Below are positions 1-8,098 of a stretch of 32,000 bases of DNA, one piece after another. This stretch comes from Serratia marcescens. Its GTDB lineage: Bacteria > Pseudomonadota > Gammaproteobacteria > Enterobacterales > Enterobacteriaceae. Below the pieces are notes generated by a model. The model saw only the letters and a list, made by a program, of their open reading frames with translations. It was not told the origin of the DNA and searched no databases. A program made the translations under genes and the position numbers. Each line of letters opens with the position of its first letter. Position 1 is the first letter of the stretch. The stretch lies in contig JADMXW010000012.1 of assembly GCA_015548865.1 (NCBI GenBank), positions 49,045 through 81,044 of the forward strand, read 5' to 3'.

Positions 1-1
1 T

Positions 2-370
2 ATTTTTTGTCTGTTGTTAGGATCGGCGTTAAACTACATCATACCTAACCCAGAAAAAGTGTTTGTCTATGTCTACAGCGCCAGCGTGCTGCCGGGCATG
101 GTGCCGTGGTTTGTGGTGCTGGTAAGCCAAATACGTTTTCGTCAGCAGCATCAAGCGCAGTTGGCGGGTCATCCGTTTAAATCTGTGCTATTTCCGTGGG
201 TGAACTACCTGACCATGGCCTTTCTGCTGTGTGTGTTGGTGGGCATGTACATCAATGAAGACACACGGATGTCGTTGTTGGTTGGGGTTGCGTTTCTTGC
301 CGCCGTTAGCGTGATTTACGCTGTGTTGGAGGGGCGTAAAAAGCAGACGTTAACTGCACCAGAAGCCTGA
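2..370 (+). CDS. yifK: APC-family amino-acid permease, C-terminal end; the gene begins upstream of the window
   Basis: The open frame runs from the window edge to TGA at 368-370. The translation has hydrophobic TM-like segments. Its position directly upstream of argX-hisR-leuT-proM matches E. coli yifK (synteny inference). Confidence 0.7.
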   Translation: MFCLLLGSALNYIIPNPEKVFVYVYSASVLPGMVPWFVVLVSQIRFRQQHQAQLAGHPFKSVLFPWVNYLTMAFLLCVLVGMYINEDTRMSLLVGVAFLAAVSVIYAVLEGRKKQTLTAPEA

Positions 371-459
371 TTAATGGGCGGGGATAGCTGTTGACTGTGC
401 GTTTTCGGCTCGAAATGCGCAAAGCGTAAGCAAACGCATCATTTCGATAAAAAAAGCAC

Positions 460-488
460 TAGACAGGCAGAGATTAAATCCGTACTAT
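460..488 (+). promoter_or_regulatory. Candidate sigma70 promoter of the tRNA operon
   Basis: -35 TAGACA (460-465), 17-bp spacer, -10 TACTAT (483-488). A GC-rich discriminator CCCCACCCGC follows and an A-rich tract (ATAAAAAAAG) lies upstream. This is typical of stringently controlled stable-RNA promoters. Confidence 0.45.
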
Positions 489-509
489 CCCCACCCGCAA
501 CGGCGCTAT

Positions 510-586
<77 letters not shown>

Positions 587-703
587 ATAACTTTTTTACA
601 AGAATTGTGTGCAGGAGCTGCGGTGGTACAATTCACCGTAAGGGAAGTACCGGTTTTATCGTTAGTTGTAGATGTACAGTGATACATCATCAGGTTTGGC
701 ATT

Positions 704-780
704 GGTGGCTATAGCTCAGTTGGTAGAGCCCTGGATTGTGATTCCAGTTGTCGTGGGTTCGAGTCCCATTAGCCACCCCA
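704..780 (+). tRNA. hisR: tRNA-His (anticodon GTG)
   Basis: 77 nt with the extra 5' G(-1) typical of tRNA-His. Anticodon loop ATTGTGA, GGTTCGAGTCC T-arm, encoded CCA. Near-identical to my recollection of E. coli hisR. Confidence 0.95.
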
Positions 781-803
781 GATTCAGATGTTCGTGAATG
801 TAT

Positions 804-889
804 GCGAAGGTGGCGGAATTGGTAGACGCGCTAGCTTCAGGTGTTAGTGTCCTTCGGACGTGAGGGTTCAAGTCCCTCTCTTCGCACCA
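804..889 (+). tRNA. leuT: tRNA-Leu (anticodon CAG), class II with long variable arm
   Basis: 86 nt: GCGAAGG acceptor, anticodon loop CTTCAGGTG, long variable arm, GGTTCAAGTCC T-arm, encoded CCA. Confidence 0.95.
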
Positions 890-944
890 ACGAACGTCGT
901 CAACAATCAGTATATGCATACTGATAATGTTGAGAAAAGTATTT

Positions 945-1021
945 CGGCGAGTAGCGCAGCTTGGTAGCGCAACTGGTTTGGGACCAGTGGGTCGGAGGTT
1001 CGAATCCTCTCTCGCCGACCA
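945..1021 (+). tRNA. proM: tRNA-Pro (anticodon TGG)
   Basis: 77 nt: CGGCGAG/CTCGCCG acceptor, anticodon loop TTTGGGA, GGTTCGAATCC T-arm, encoded CCA. Confidence 0.95.
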
Positions 1022-1034
1022 CTTTACGTGAAAA

Positions 1035-1070
1035 ACGGCTGTTCCTAAGGAACAGCCGTTTTTTGCTTTT
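1035..1070 (+). terminator. Rho-independent terminator of the tRNA operon
   Basis: Perfect 11-bp stem ACGGCTGTTCC / GGAACAGCCGT with a 3-nt loop, followed by TTTTTTGCTTTT. The A-run upstream makes it potentially bidirectional. Confidence 0.85.
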
Positions 1071-1080
1071 TGCATCCGTG

Positions 1081-1109
1081 AAAACAGTTAGCCCTCGTTA
1101 TCCGAGGGC
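1081..1109 (-). terminator. Hairpin terminator downstream of the minus-strand binding-protein gene
   Basis: 7-bp stem GCCCTCG / CGAGGGC with loop TTATC. On the minus strand it is followed by TAACTGTTTT. It lies 10 nt after the stop at 1119. Confidence 0.5.
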
Positions 1110-1118
1110 GAGAATCAC

Positions 1119-1931
1119 TTATTCCGCTTTGCCGCCTTCCAGCACCTTATCGCTGCCGAAATACTTCTCTGCCAACGTTTTTAACTGGCCGTTCTGACGC
1201 AACTCTTGCAACTTCCGGTTGAATTCTGCCAGCAACTTGTCGCCTTCCGGCGTTTTGGCAAACGGGAACGTGACTTGCTCATTGGAGATAGGGTCACCCA
1301 CCAGTTTCAGCGGCAGGTGACGTTTATTAATTTCTGCCAAGAGGATGGGACGGGAATTGACATAGCCTTGAACGCGGTTATTGATCACATCATTCATCGC
1401 CCCATCGCGGGTTTCATAGGTACGGATGGTGATGTCATTGTTGGGAAAGGCGTTGCGCAAGTTGGTTACGTGGGTTGAGCCTAAAACGCCGGATACGGTT
1501 TTACCCTTGAGATCGTCCAGTGATTGAATATCTTTGTTCTCAATGCTGGTGACGATTTGCGATGCATAGGTGAGATAGGCGTTGGTGAAATTATATTTTT
1601 TCTGTCGCTCGGTAGTTTTCACGAAATTATTGGCCACGGTATCCAGTTTCCCTGCTTCTAACTGCCCCATCAAGCCGCTGAAATCAGCGGTAGTCCAGGT
1701 AATCTGGTAACCCAGTCCGCGGGCGATCGTTTCAGCAACTTCCACGTCATAGCCCACTAGCGTGCCGTTCTCTTTATAAGAACCCGGAAAGCTTTGACCC
1801 GTGGTACCGACACGCAGCACTTTACTTTGCGTTTCTGCACTTTTGCTATTATCACAGCCGGCCAGCGTTATCGCGGCGAACAGTGTCAGTAGCGCAGCGC
1901 TCAAGTGGTGAGGCAATCGGGTTGTCATCAT
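1119..1931 (-). CDS. Amino-acid (cystine/cysteine-derivative type) ABC transporter substrate-binding lipoprotein; orphan paralog of the 5531-6340 gene
   Basis: 270-aa ORF. Signal peptide with lipobox LAGC. Extensive identity by eye to the 5531-6340 product (VLRVG.TGQS, TADFSGLMGQLEA.KLDTVAN, TYETRDGAMND, GYVNSRPILLAEINKR). Confidence 0.85.
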   Translation of the reverse strand: MMTTRLPHHLSAALLTLFAAITLAGCDNSKSAETQSKVLRVGTTGQSFPGSYKENGTLVGYDVEVAETIARGLGYQITWTTADFSGLMGQLEAGKLDTVANNFVKTTERQKKYNFTNAYLTYASQIVTSIENKDIQSLDDLKGKTVSGVLGSTHVTNLRNAFPNNDITIRTYETRDGAMNDVINNRVQGYVNSRPILLAEINKRHLPLKLVGDPISNEQVTFPFAKTPEGDKLLAEFNRKLQELRQNGQLKTLAEKYFGSDKVLEGGKAE

Positions 1932-2229
1932 GGGACTCCTGTCTGAATTTGCCTGGTTTAAAACGACATTGAGTTAAAAAGATAGGGCAACACGCTCATC
2001 AGCCCTGGGGGCAATGGCAGGCAAACGACAGTGGGATGCGCATTGAAGGAGAGTGAGGGAGTGTTGTTTGTTCTGCTGACTATATCATTCAAAATTAAAG
2101 GGAATTTATATCATCACGTTATATCTTATGACCATTCGATCGGTTACAACGCGTTGGTGGGCTTTTACTATTGCTCCTTGGTGCTTGTGTCTGTGAGTCA
2201 GTACAGCGTAGAGAAATCAAGGAATTGTC

Positions 2230-3303
2230 GTGTTTGCCATAAAATCCCCCGGTGCGTATCACCACCATCTTGGCCTGCTTTCTCGTGTGGGTGAGCTAAT
2301 TGTACCGTTTTCACGCCATATCGCCGTGTTGACCAGTCCACGCGCCTGGGCGGTAGTTGAGCAGGCACTCTCTACCAGTCTGGCGCAGTCTGGCGTTCAG
2401 TTTGATGTATACCTGCTAGAAGGCGAATGTACGCGCGAGGCGATTGCACGATATCAGCGTGAAATAGCGCAGCGCAACGTGCATTTTGTTCTCGGTGTTG
2501 GCGGCGGGCGCGTGATGGATTGTGCCAAAGCGGTTGCTGATGGGCTGGATAATGGCCAGGTAGCCACGTTGCCGACGATTGCTGCCACCTGTGCGGCCTG
2601 GTCCCCGATCAGCATTCTGTATGATGAGCAGGGCGGACATCAAGGGACGCTGCCGTTGCAACATATGCCGGTGATGGTGTTGGTGGACAGTGAGGTGATT
2701 GCGCGTAGCGATGTACGCTATCTGAAAGCGGGCATTGTCGATGCACTTGCCAAATGGTATGAATTTCAACCCTATCTGGCGAAGAACGGAGATAATTTGG
2801 CGCTGAGCCTCAAGGTTCAGGTGGCGACACTTGCGCGTGATACCTTTGTACAGTGGGGCGAACAGGCTCTGAGAGATAATGCCGAACAGCGGGTGACTGT
2901 TGCGCTGCAAAAGGTGATTGATGCCAATATCGCGCTGGCTGGATTGGCAAACAGCATGCGCGATGATTCTCCTTCCCCAGGCGTGGCCCATGCGATTCAT
3001 AATCGTATGACGCATGTTCCTGAACTGCATGACTGGTTGCACGGTGAGAAAGTGGGTTACGGCTTGCGGGTGCAGTCGTTAGTGGCGCGCGGCGACGGAT
3101 CGGTCGATCCCGATTTGTTGGCGCAGTTGCAGTGCTATGATGCCCCCGAGCGCTTGCCGGTGGAGGCAATGCGCTATGCTGAACTGGCCAATACGCTGTC
3201 TTTAACCTTTAAATTCCCCGCGGCCAGTGCCGCGCTTCTACCGTTTTCGCTAGCGCCAGAGGCGATTCGCGATGCGGTGTTGACAACGCAGTACAGCAAG
3301 TGA
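2230..3303 (+). CDS. Iron-containing alcohol dehydrogenase family oxidoreductase (glycerol dehydrogenase / YbdH-HcxA-like)
   Basis: 357-aa ORF with GTG start preceded by AAGGA. Motifs GVGGGRVMDCAKA, PTIAATCAAWSP, AG.VDALAKWYE, AHAIHN and HGEKVGYG match my recollection of GldA/YbdH-type enzymes. Confidence 0.8.
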   Translation: MFAIKSPGAYHHHLGLLSRVGELIVPFSRHIAVLTSPRAWAVVEQALSTSLAQSGVQFDVYLLEGECTREAIARYQREIAQRNVHFVLGVGGGRVMDCAKAVADGLDNGQVATLPTIAATCAAWSPISILYDEQGGHQGTLPLQHMPVMVLVDSEVIARSDVRYLKAGIVDALAKWYEFQPYLAKNGDNLALSLKVQVATLARDTFVQWGEQALRDNAEQRVTVALQKVIDANIALAGLANSMRDDSPSPGVAHAIHNRMTHVPELHDWLHGEKVGYGLRVQSLVARGDGSVDPDLLAQLQCYDAPERLPVEAMRYAELANTLSLTFKFPAASAALLPFSLAPEAIRDAVLTTQYSK

Positions 3304-3380
3304 TGCTTTTTTATGGAGTGTGATGTACATCAATATAGCGTTACGTCAGGATGTATGGTAAACGATCTATCTTCTGAATA

Positions 3381-3507
3381 TATACCCGTCATACTTCAAG
3401 TTGCTGGTGCGTTGGCTGCGTTCGCTCACCCGAATCACTTACCTGAGTAAGCTCATCGGGATTCGCGCACTTGCCGCCTTCCTGCAACTCGAATTATTTA
3501 GGGTATA
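3381..3507. repeat. ERIC/IRU element, canonical 127-bp form
   Basis: Termini TATACCCGTCATACTTCAAGTTGC ... GCAACTCGAATTATTTAGGGTATA. The core CGCTCACCCGAATCACTTACCTGAGTAAGCTCATCGGGATTC is the reverse complement of the ERIC1R/ERIC2 primer region of the consensus. Confidence 0.9.
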
Positions 3508-3613
3508 AGATAGATCCAGAAGATATATAGGGGCCAATTTGTCGCATGCTATGTTCCCAAGATTAGAACGACGACAAAAATCCCGCCTGACACATCCAAC
3601 GAACGAGTAAGCT

Positions 3614-4978
3614 ATGGCATCACATCTCATTGATTTTCTCCTAATAGGGAATAACTTTGGCACGCCCGAAATGCGCGCTGTCTGGTCAGAACATAACCGC
3701 CTGACAAAACAAGTTGACGTTGAAATCGCGCTGGCGTTAGCCGAAGGCGAACTAGGGGTGATCCCCGCCGACGCCGCACAAACTATTGCCGCAAAAGCGG
3801 ATGCGAGCGCACTGAACGTGGAAGAGATCGCGCAGGATGCGGTCCGTATGAAACATTCCCTGATGCCCACGATTACCGCGATTCAAAAGCAGTGCGGTGA
3901 GGCGGGCGAATATATTCATTATGGTGTTACCACGCAAGATATCGTTGATACCGCTACGGTGCTGCAATTACAGCAAGCTTTTGCCATTGTGGAACGTGAC
4001 ACGCAGTTATTGGCTGTAGAGTTGAAGCGACTGGCGAAGCAGTACCAATATACGCCGATGACTGGGCGTACTCACGGTATGCAGGCGTTGCCAACCACGT
4101 TTGGTTTTAAATTGGCAGTATGGTTGGATGAGTTTGTTCGCCATCTGGAACGTCTGAAAGAGATTAAAGCTCGCGTATTGGTGGGTAACGTCAACGGGGC
4201 GATTGGTACCTATGCATCGTTTGGCGAACTGGGGCCGCAAATTGAGCGCCTGACGCTCGACAAATTAGGGCTGGGTACGCCGAACATCGGCTGGCAGTCT
4301 GCGCGCGATCGTTTCTCTGAATATGCCTCCGTGGTGGTGTTGATAAGCGGTACGCTGGGCAAGATCGGTAATGAGCTCTATAACCTGATGCGCACGGAAA
4401 TCAACGAGGTTGAAGAGCCGTTCTCGGCGGGAAAAATAGGCTCCACCACCATGCCGCACAAGCGTAATCCGGCGGCATTGGAAGGGTTGGCCAGTTTGAC
4501 TGCACCCATTTTTAAAAGCGCATCGCTGATTCATGAATCTATGAAAGTAGAACATGAACGTGACGCCATGAGCTGGCGTGCAGAGTGGATTGCTTTGCCG
4601 GAAGTGAACATTTATCTCTCCGCTCAATTGCAGAATGCACTGGGTATCCTGCGCGGTATGTCGGTGAATGAAAAGCAGATGCTTGCGAATCTGGAACTGC
4701 AGAACGGCTTGCTGTTGTCTGAGAAGGTGATGTTTGAAATTGGCAAACGTATGGGTAAACAAACTGCACACCACCTGGTGTATGAGTGCTCCATGAAGGC
4801 GTTTGAACAGAATCGTCACTTTAAAGATGTGCTGCTGGAAGATCCGGTGTTGTCGGCGCAGGTGACCTCTCAGGAACTCGACGCGTGGCTGAACCCAGTC
4901 AACTATTTAGGCTGTGCTCCGCAGAAAGTGGATGAAGTTATTCGTTATGCCGACAATTCTGGCCTGCTGCCAGCGTAA
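3614..4978 (+). CDS. Aspartase/fumarase-superfamily lyase (adenylosuccinate-lyase-like); candidate S-(2-succino) lyase acting on N-acetyl-2SC
   Basis: 454-aa ORF with the fumarate-lyase signature GSTTMPHKRNP. It heads a cluster with yxeL/M/N/O/P-like genes (context inference). Confidence 0.85.
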   Translation: MASHLIDFLLIGNNFGTPEMRAVWSEHNRLTKQVDVEIALALAEGELGVIPADAAQTIAAKADASALNVEEIAQDAVRMKHSLMPTITAIQKQCGEAGEYIHYGVTTQDIVDTATVLQLQQAFAIVERDTQLLAVELKRLAKQYQYTPMTGRTHGMQALPTTFGFKLAVWLDEFVRHLERLKEIKARVLVGNVNGAIGTYASFGELGPQIERLTLDKLGLGTPNIGWQSARDRFSEYASVVVLISGTLGKIGNELYNLMRTEINEVEEPFSAGKIGSTTMPHKRNPAALEGLASLTAPIFKSASLIHESMKVEHERDAMSWRAEWIALPEVNIYLSAQLQNALGILRGMSVNEKQMLANLELQNGLLLSEKVMFEIGKRMGKQTAHHLVYECSMKAFEQNRHFKDVLLEDPVLSAQVTSQELDAWLNPVNYLGCAPQKVDEVIRYADNSGLLPA

Positions 4979-4991
4979 GTGAGCATCAAAC

Positions 4992-5519
4992 ATGAGTACG
5001 GTTTTTCGCCAGCTCACGCTGGAAGATGACGAAGCCTTTCTGGCGTTGGCGTTGGCGGCCTATGAACCAATTCGCCAATTGGGCATTCACTTTGCCGCGG
5101 CTGAGGCGGATATCGATATGGTGCGTCGTCATATTACGCGCCACGGTGTTTATGCGCTTGAAAAAGACGGCGTTATGGTGTCGTCTTTTAGCATCCGTTA
5201 CCCCTGGGGACCGGAGCCTGGTCCGTATGGTTTACCGCATTTGGGGTGGTTTGCCACTCATCCAGACTACAAAGGGCAGGGATTTGGCCGCCAGATGATG
5301 CAGTGGCTTGAGGAAACGGTGCTGATCGGGCAACTCAAAGCGCCTGCAGTTTCTCTCGGCACGGCGCAAAGCCACCCCTGGCTAATCAATATGTATAAGC
5401 ATTACGGTTTTAACGAAGTCGGGCAGGCGAATCTGGGTAAAGGCCACCTGACGATTTATATGGAAAAAGTGTTGAACCAGGATGGTTATCACCAGTGGAA
5501 GAAGAAAAACTCCCAATGA
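4992..5519 (+). CDS. GNAT family N-acetyltransferase (YxeL-like role inferred)
   Basis: 175-aa ORF starting 13 nt after the lyase stop. It has a GNAT acetyl-CoA motif region (YKGQGFGRQMMQWLEE). Confidence 0.8.
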   Translation: MSTVFRQLTLEDDEAFLALALAAYEPIRQLGIHFAAAEADIDMVRRHITRHGVYALEKDGVMVSSFSIRYPWGPEPGPYGLPHLGWFATHPDYKGQGFGRQMMQWLEETVLIGQLKAPAVSLGTAQSHPWLINMYKHYGFNEVGQANLGKGHLTIYMEKVLNQDGYHQWKKKNSQ

Positions 5520-5530
5520 GAGGCATGAAC

Positions 5531-6340
5531 ATGATAATGAAAAAACTGACTTTGTCTGCGTTAGCGCTTACCACTGCCTTTCTGATGGCTGGCTGTGATT
5601 CTCAGGATAAAAAAGCGGCGGCAGGCGGAGAAGCAAGTACGGTGCTGCGCGTCGGCTCTACCGGACAAAGCTACCCGAGCGGTTTTAAACAAGATAATAA
5701 GCTGGTGGGTTTTGACGTTGAAGTGACGGAAGCCATCGCGAAAGATCTGAATTATAAAATCGAGTGGGTTACCGCCGACTTTAGCGGCCTGATGGGGCAG
5801 TTGGAAGCGAACAAACTCGATACCGTTGCCAACGTCGTGGCGATTACGCCGGCGCGCAAAGAGAAGTATAACTTTGCCGATGTCTATAGCTACTACGGTA
5901 GCCAGATTGTCACGCAAAAAGATAATACCGATATCAATACATTGGATGATCTGAAGGGCAAAACCGTGGCGGGCGTATTAGGCTCTAACCATGTGAATAA
6001 CCTGAAGAAAGCTTTTGCTGACGGTAGTGTGACCATCCGTACCTATGAAACCCGCGATGGTGCAATGAATGATGCGTTGTCCAAGCGCGTGGAAGGTTAT
6101 GTGAACTCCCGTCCGATCCTGTTGGCAGAGATCAACAAGCGTAACCTGCCGTTCAAACTGGTTGGCGATCCGCTGGTGATCGAGGAAGTCAGCTTCCCGT
6201 TCCACAAAGATGAAAAAGGCGACAAACTGCGCGAGCAGTTCAATGCCGAGCTGGCGAAAATGCGCGCTGATGGCCGTCTGAAAGATCTCTCCGTGAAATA
6301 TTTCGGTGAGGACATCACGACCGCGCCACACGCACACTAA
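5531..6340 (+). CDS. Amino-acid ABC transporter substrate-binding lipoprotein (YxeM/TcyJ-like)
   Basis: Lipobox LMAGC. I prefer the ATG at 5531 because GAGAGG lies 7 nt upstream. In-frame alternatives are at 5516, 5525 and 5537. The track's start at 5495 overlaps the GNAT gene. Confidence 0.85.
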   Translation: MIMKKLTLSALALTTAFLMAGCDSQDKKAAAGGEASTVLRVGSTGQSYPSGFKQDNKLVGFDVEVTEAIAKDLNYKIEWVTADFSGLMGQLEANKLDTVANVVAITPARKEKYNFADVYSYYGSQIVTQKDNTDINTLDDLKGKTVAGVLGSNHVNNLKKAFADGSVTIRTYETRDGAMNDALSKRVEGYVNSRPILLAEINKRNLPFKLVGDPLVIEEVSFPFHKDEKGDKLREQFNAELAKMRADGRLKDLSVKYFGEDITTAPHAH

Positions 6341-6363
6341 CAGACGCGCTTTTTGTCATCTCT

Positions 6364-6391
6364 CTTCCACCGGTGCTTGCGCCGGTGGAAG
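6364..6391 (+). promoter_or_regulatory. Intercistronic stem-loop between the binding-protein and permease genes
   Basis: Perfect 10-bp stem CTTCCACCGG / CCGGTGGAAG with 8-nt loop TGCTTGCG and no T-run. The 3' arm contains the GGTGGAAG Shine-Dalgarno for the ATG at 6397. Confidence 0.6.
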
Positions 6392-6396
6392 TATTA

Positions 6397-7080
6397 ATGG
6401 TACTGCTCATGAATATCGATTTTGCTTACCTGCTGAAGGTGTTTCCTCAGGTTTTGCTCTATTTACCGACCACGCTGTTGTTAGCCGTGGTATCCATGAT
6501 TTTCGCCATGATACTGGGTCTGATGCTAGCGCTGCTGCGGGAAAGCAAGATCACGGTATTGGTGAAGGTGATTGAGTTTTATATCTCGCTGTTTCGTGGC
6601 ATTCCGTCACTGGTTCAATTGTTTATCATCTACTTCGGTTTGCCACAGCTTTTCCCGGCGCTGAGCGACCTGAGCGCGATGTCGGCAGCCATTATCGGTT
6701 TTAGTCTGAAAACCTCGGCGTACATGGCGGAAATTTTCCGCGCTGCGCTGGCCTCTGTCGATTGGGGGCAAACGGAAGCAGGGCTGTCAATTGGTATGAA
6801 CCGTTCGCAGATTTATCGTCGTATCGTGCTGCCTCAGGCGATGCTCAATGCGTTGCCAGCAACAGGGAATACCTTTATCTCTCTGATAAAAGACACCTCG
6901 GTGGCCTTTGCGCTTGGCGTATCCGAACTGTTTGCTGAAGGCAAGATGATCGCTGCGGAATCGCTGCGTTTCTTCGAAACCTTCCTGGTGGTAGGGCTGA
7001 TTTATTGGCTGGTCATCATCGTTTATTCCAGACTGCAAAGCTGGCTGGAAAAGAAACTGAACCACTCATTACAGCGCTAA
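6397..7080 (+). CDS. Amino-acid ABC transporter permease (YxeN/TcyL-like)
   Basis: Polar amino-acid permease features: multiple TM segments and an EAA-like loop (EAGLSIGMNRSQIYRRIVLPQA). Start 6397 chosen by RBS spacing; ATG 6409 (MNIDF...) is an alternative. Confidence 0.85.
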   Translation: MVLLMNIDFAYLLKVFPQVLLYLPTTLLLAVVSMIFAMILGLMLALLRESKITVLVKVIEFYISLFRGIPSLVQLFIIYFGLPQLFPALSDLSAMSAAIIGFSLKTSAYMAEIFRAALASVDWGQTEAGLSIGMNRSQIYRRIVLPQAMLNALPATGNTFISLIKDTSVAFALGVSELFAEGKMIAAESLRFFETFLVVGLIYWLVIIVYSRLQSWLEKKLNHSLQR

Positions 7081-7092
7081 GGAGACGCCGCC

Positions 7093-7854
7093 ATGATCAG
7101 TATAAAAAACCTTTCAAAACGCTTTGGCGACAAAGTGGTGCTGGACAATATCAGTCTGGATATCGAACAGGGCGAAGTGGTGGCTATTATAGGCCCCTCA
7201 GGGTCGGGTAAATCCACCTTGCTGCGTTGCCTCAACCTGTTGGAAAAACCGGAATCTGGCACGATTGAAATTGGCGATCGCGTGCTGGATACGCGCCGTT
7301 ACAGCACCAAGGAAGCCTACGCGCTGCGTCAGCAGACGGCGATGGTGTTCCAGAACTACAATCTGTTTAAAAACAAAACTGCGCTGGAAAACATCACTGA
7401 GGCGTTGATCGTGGTGAAAAAAATGTCGAAGCAGCAAGCGCAGGACATTGGGCTCAAACTGATCGAGCAGGTCGGCCTATTGCCGGAAGCCCATCAGTAT
7501 CCGGTGACCTTGTCCGGGGGACAGCAGCAGCGCGTGGGCATTGCTCGGGCTCTGGCTGTGGACCCAAAAGCCATTCTGTTCGATGAACCCACCTCGGCGC
7601 TGGATCCTGAACGTGTGCATGAAGTGCTGCAAGTCATTCAGAATCTGGCAAAAAACAACACGACCATGGTTATCGTTACCCATGAGATGCAGTTTGCCAA
7701 AGAGGTTGCTGACCGGGTAATTTTCATGGCCGACGGGCATATCGTTGAGCAGGGACCAGCGGAACAGGTGATCAGCTTCTCCGATAACCCTCAGACGCAG
7801 CGCTTCCTGCGTCAGATGACCAAGATGCCGGAACATACCGAATACGACATCTGA
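7093..7854 (+). CDS. Amino-acid ABC transporter ATP-binding protein (YxeO/TcyN-like)
   Basis: Walker A GPSGSGKST, Q-loop, signature LSGGQQQRV, Walker B ILFDEPTSALD, H-loop VTHEM. RBS AAGGAG upstream. Confidence 0.92.
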   Translation: MISIKNLSKRFGDKVVLDNISLDIEQGEVVAIIGPSGSGKSTLLRCLNLLEKPESGTIEIGDRVLDTRRYSTKEAYALRQQTAMVFQNYNLFKNKTALENITEALIVVKKMSKQQAQDIGLKLIEQVGLLPEAHQYPVTLSGGQQQRVGIARALAVDPKAILFDEPTSALDPERVHEVLQVIQNLAKNNTTMVIVTHEMQFAKEVADRVIFMADGHIVEQGPAEQVISFSDNPQTQRFLRQMTKMPEHTEYDI

Positions 7855-7865
7855 TTATGCGGTGA

Positions 7866-8015
7866 TATACCCTGAATAATTCGCGTTGCAGGACAAAACG
7901 TTAACGTTTGAGCAGCGCTTGCGCTGGTCCTTTAAGGCAAGGCTTGTTGATGCGTCTCGTAACGCGGCAAACAAGCGCCGCCTGTGCATCTGTAACATGA
8001 AGTATGACGGGTACA
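7866..8015. repeat. ERIC-derived element, opposite orientation, with the central core replaced
   Basis: ERIC termini TATACCCTGAATAATTCGCGTTGCAGGA ... GAAGTATGACGGGTACA. The interior shares the segment GGACAAAACGTTAACGTTTGAGCAGCGCTTGCGCTGGTCC with the reverse complement of an insert in the 9360-9614 copy. Confidence 0.7.
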
Positions 8016-8098
8016 TAAGCTATTTAGAATGATAACACCCTGCGCGTTGTGGGCTCATCCTGCAGCGCTAAGCACGGACAGTGTGGAGAAGATACATC

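Noticed and set aside
716-1197. Track ORFs 716-1075 (minus, 119 aa) and 961-1197 (plus, 78 aa)
   Set aside because: They lie directly over tRNA-His, tRNA-Leu, tRNA-Pro and the terminator. They are reading-frame artefacts of structured RNA genes.
2031-2294. 87-aa plus-strand ORF in the divergent intergenic region
   Set aside because: It has a GTG start in AT-rich DNA with no RBS, and it runs into the better-supported Fe-ADH gene in another frame. It is probably non-coding.
3364-3530. Apparent repeats flanking the first ERIC (GATCTATCTTCTGAATATATA on the left, AGATAGATCCAGAAGATATATA on the right)
   Set aside because: The shared words (AGATAGA, CAGAAG, ATATATA) occur in an order that fits neither a direct nor a true inverted repeat. 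This is likely low-complexity coincidence rather than a target-site duplication or an outer IR.
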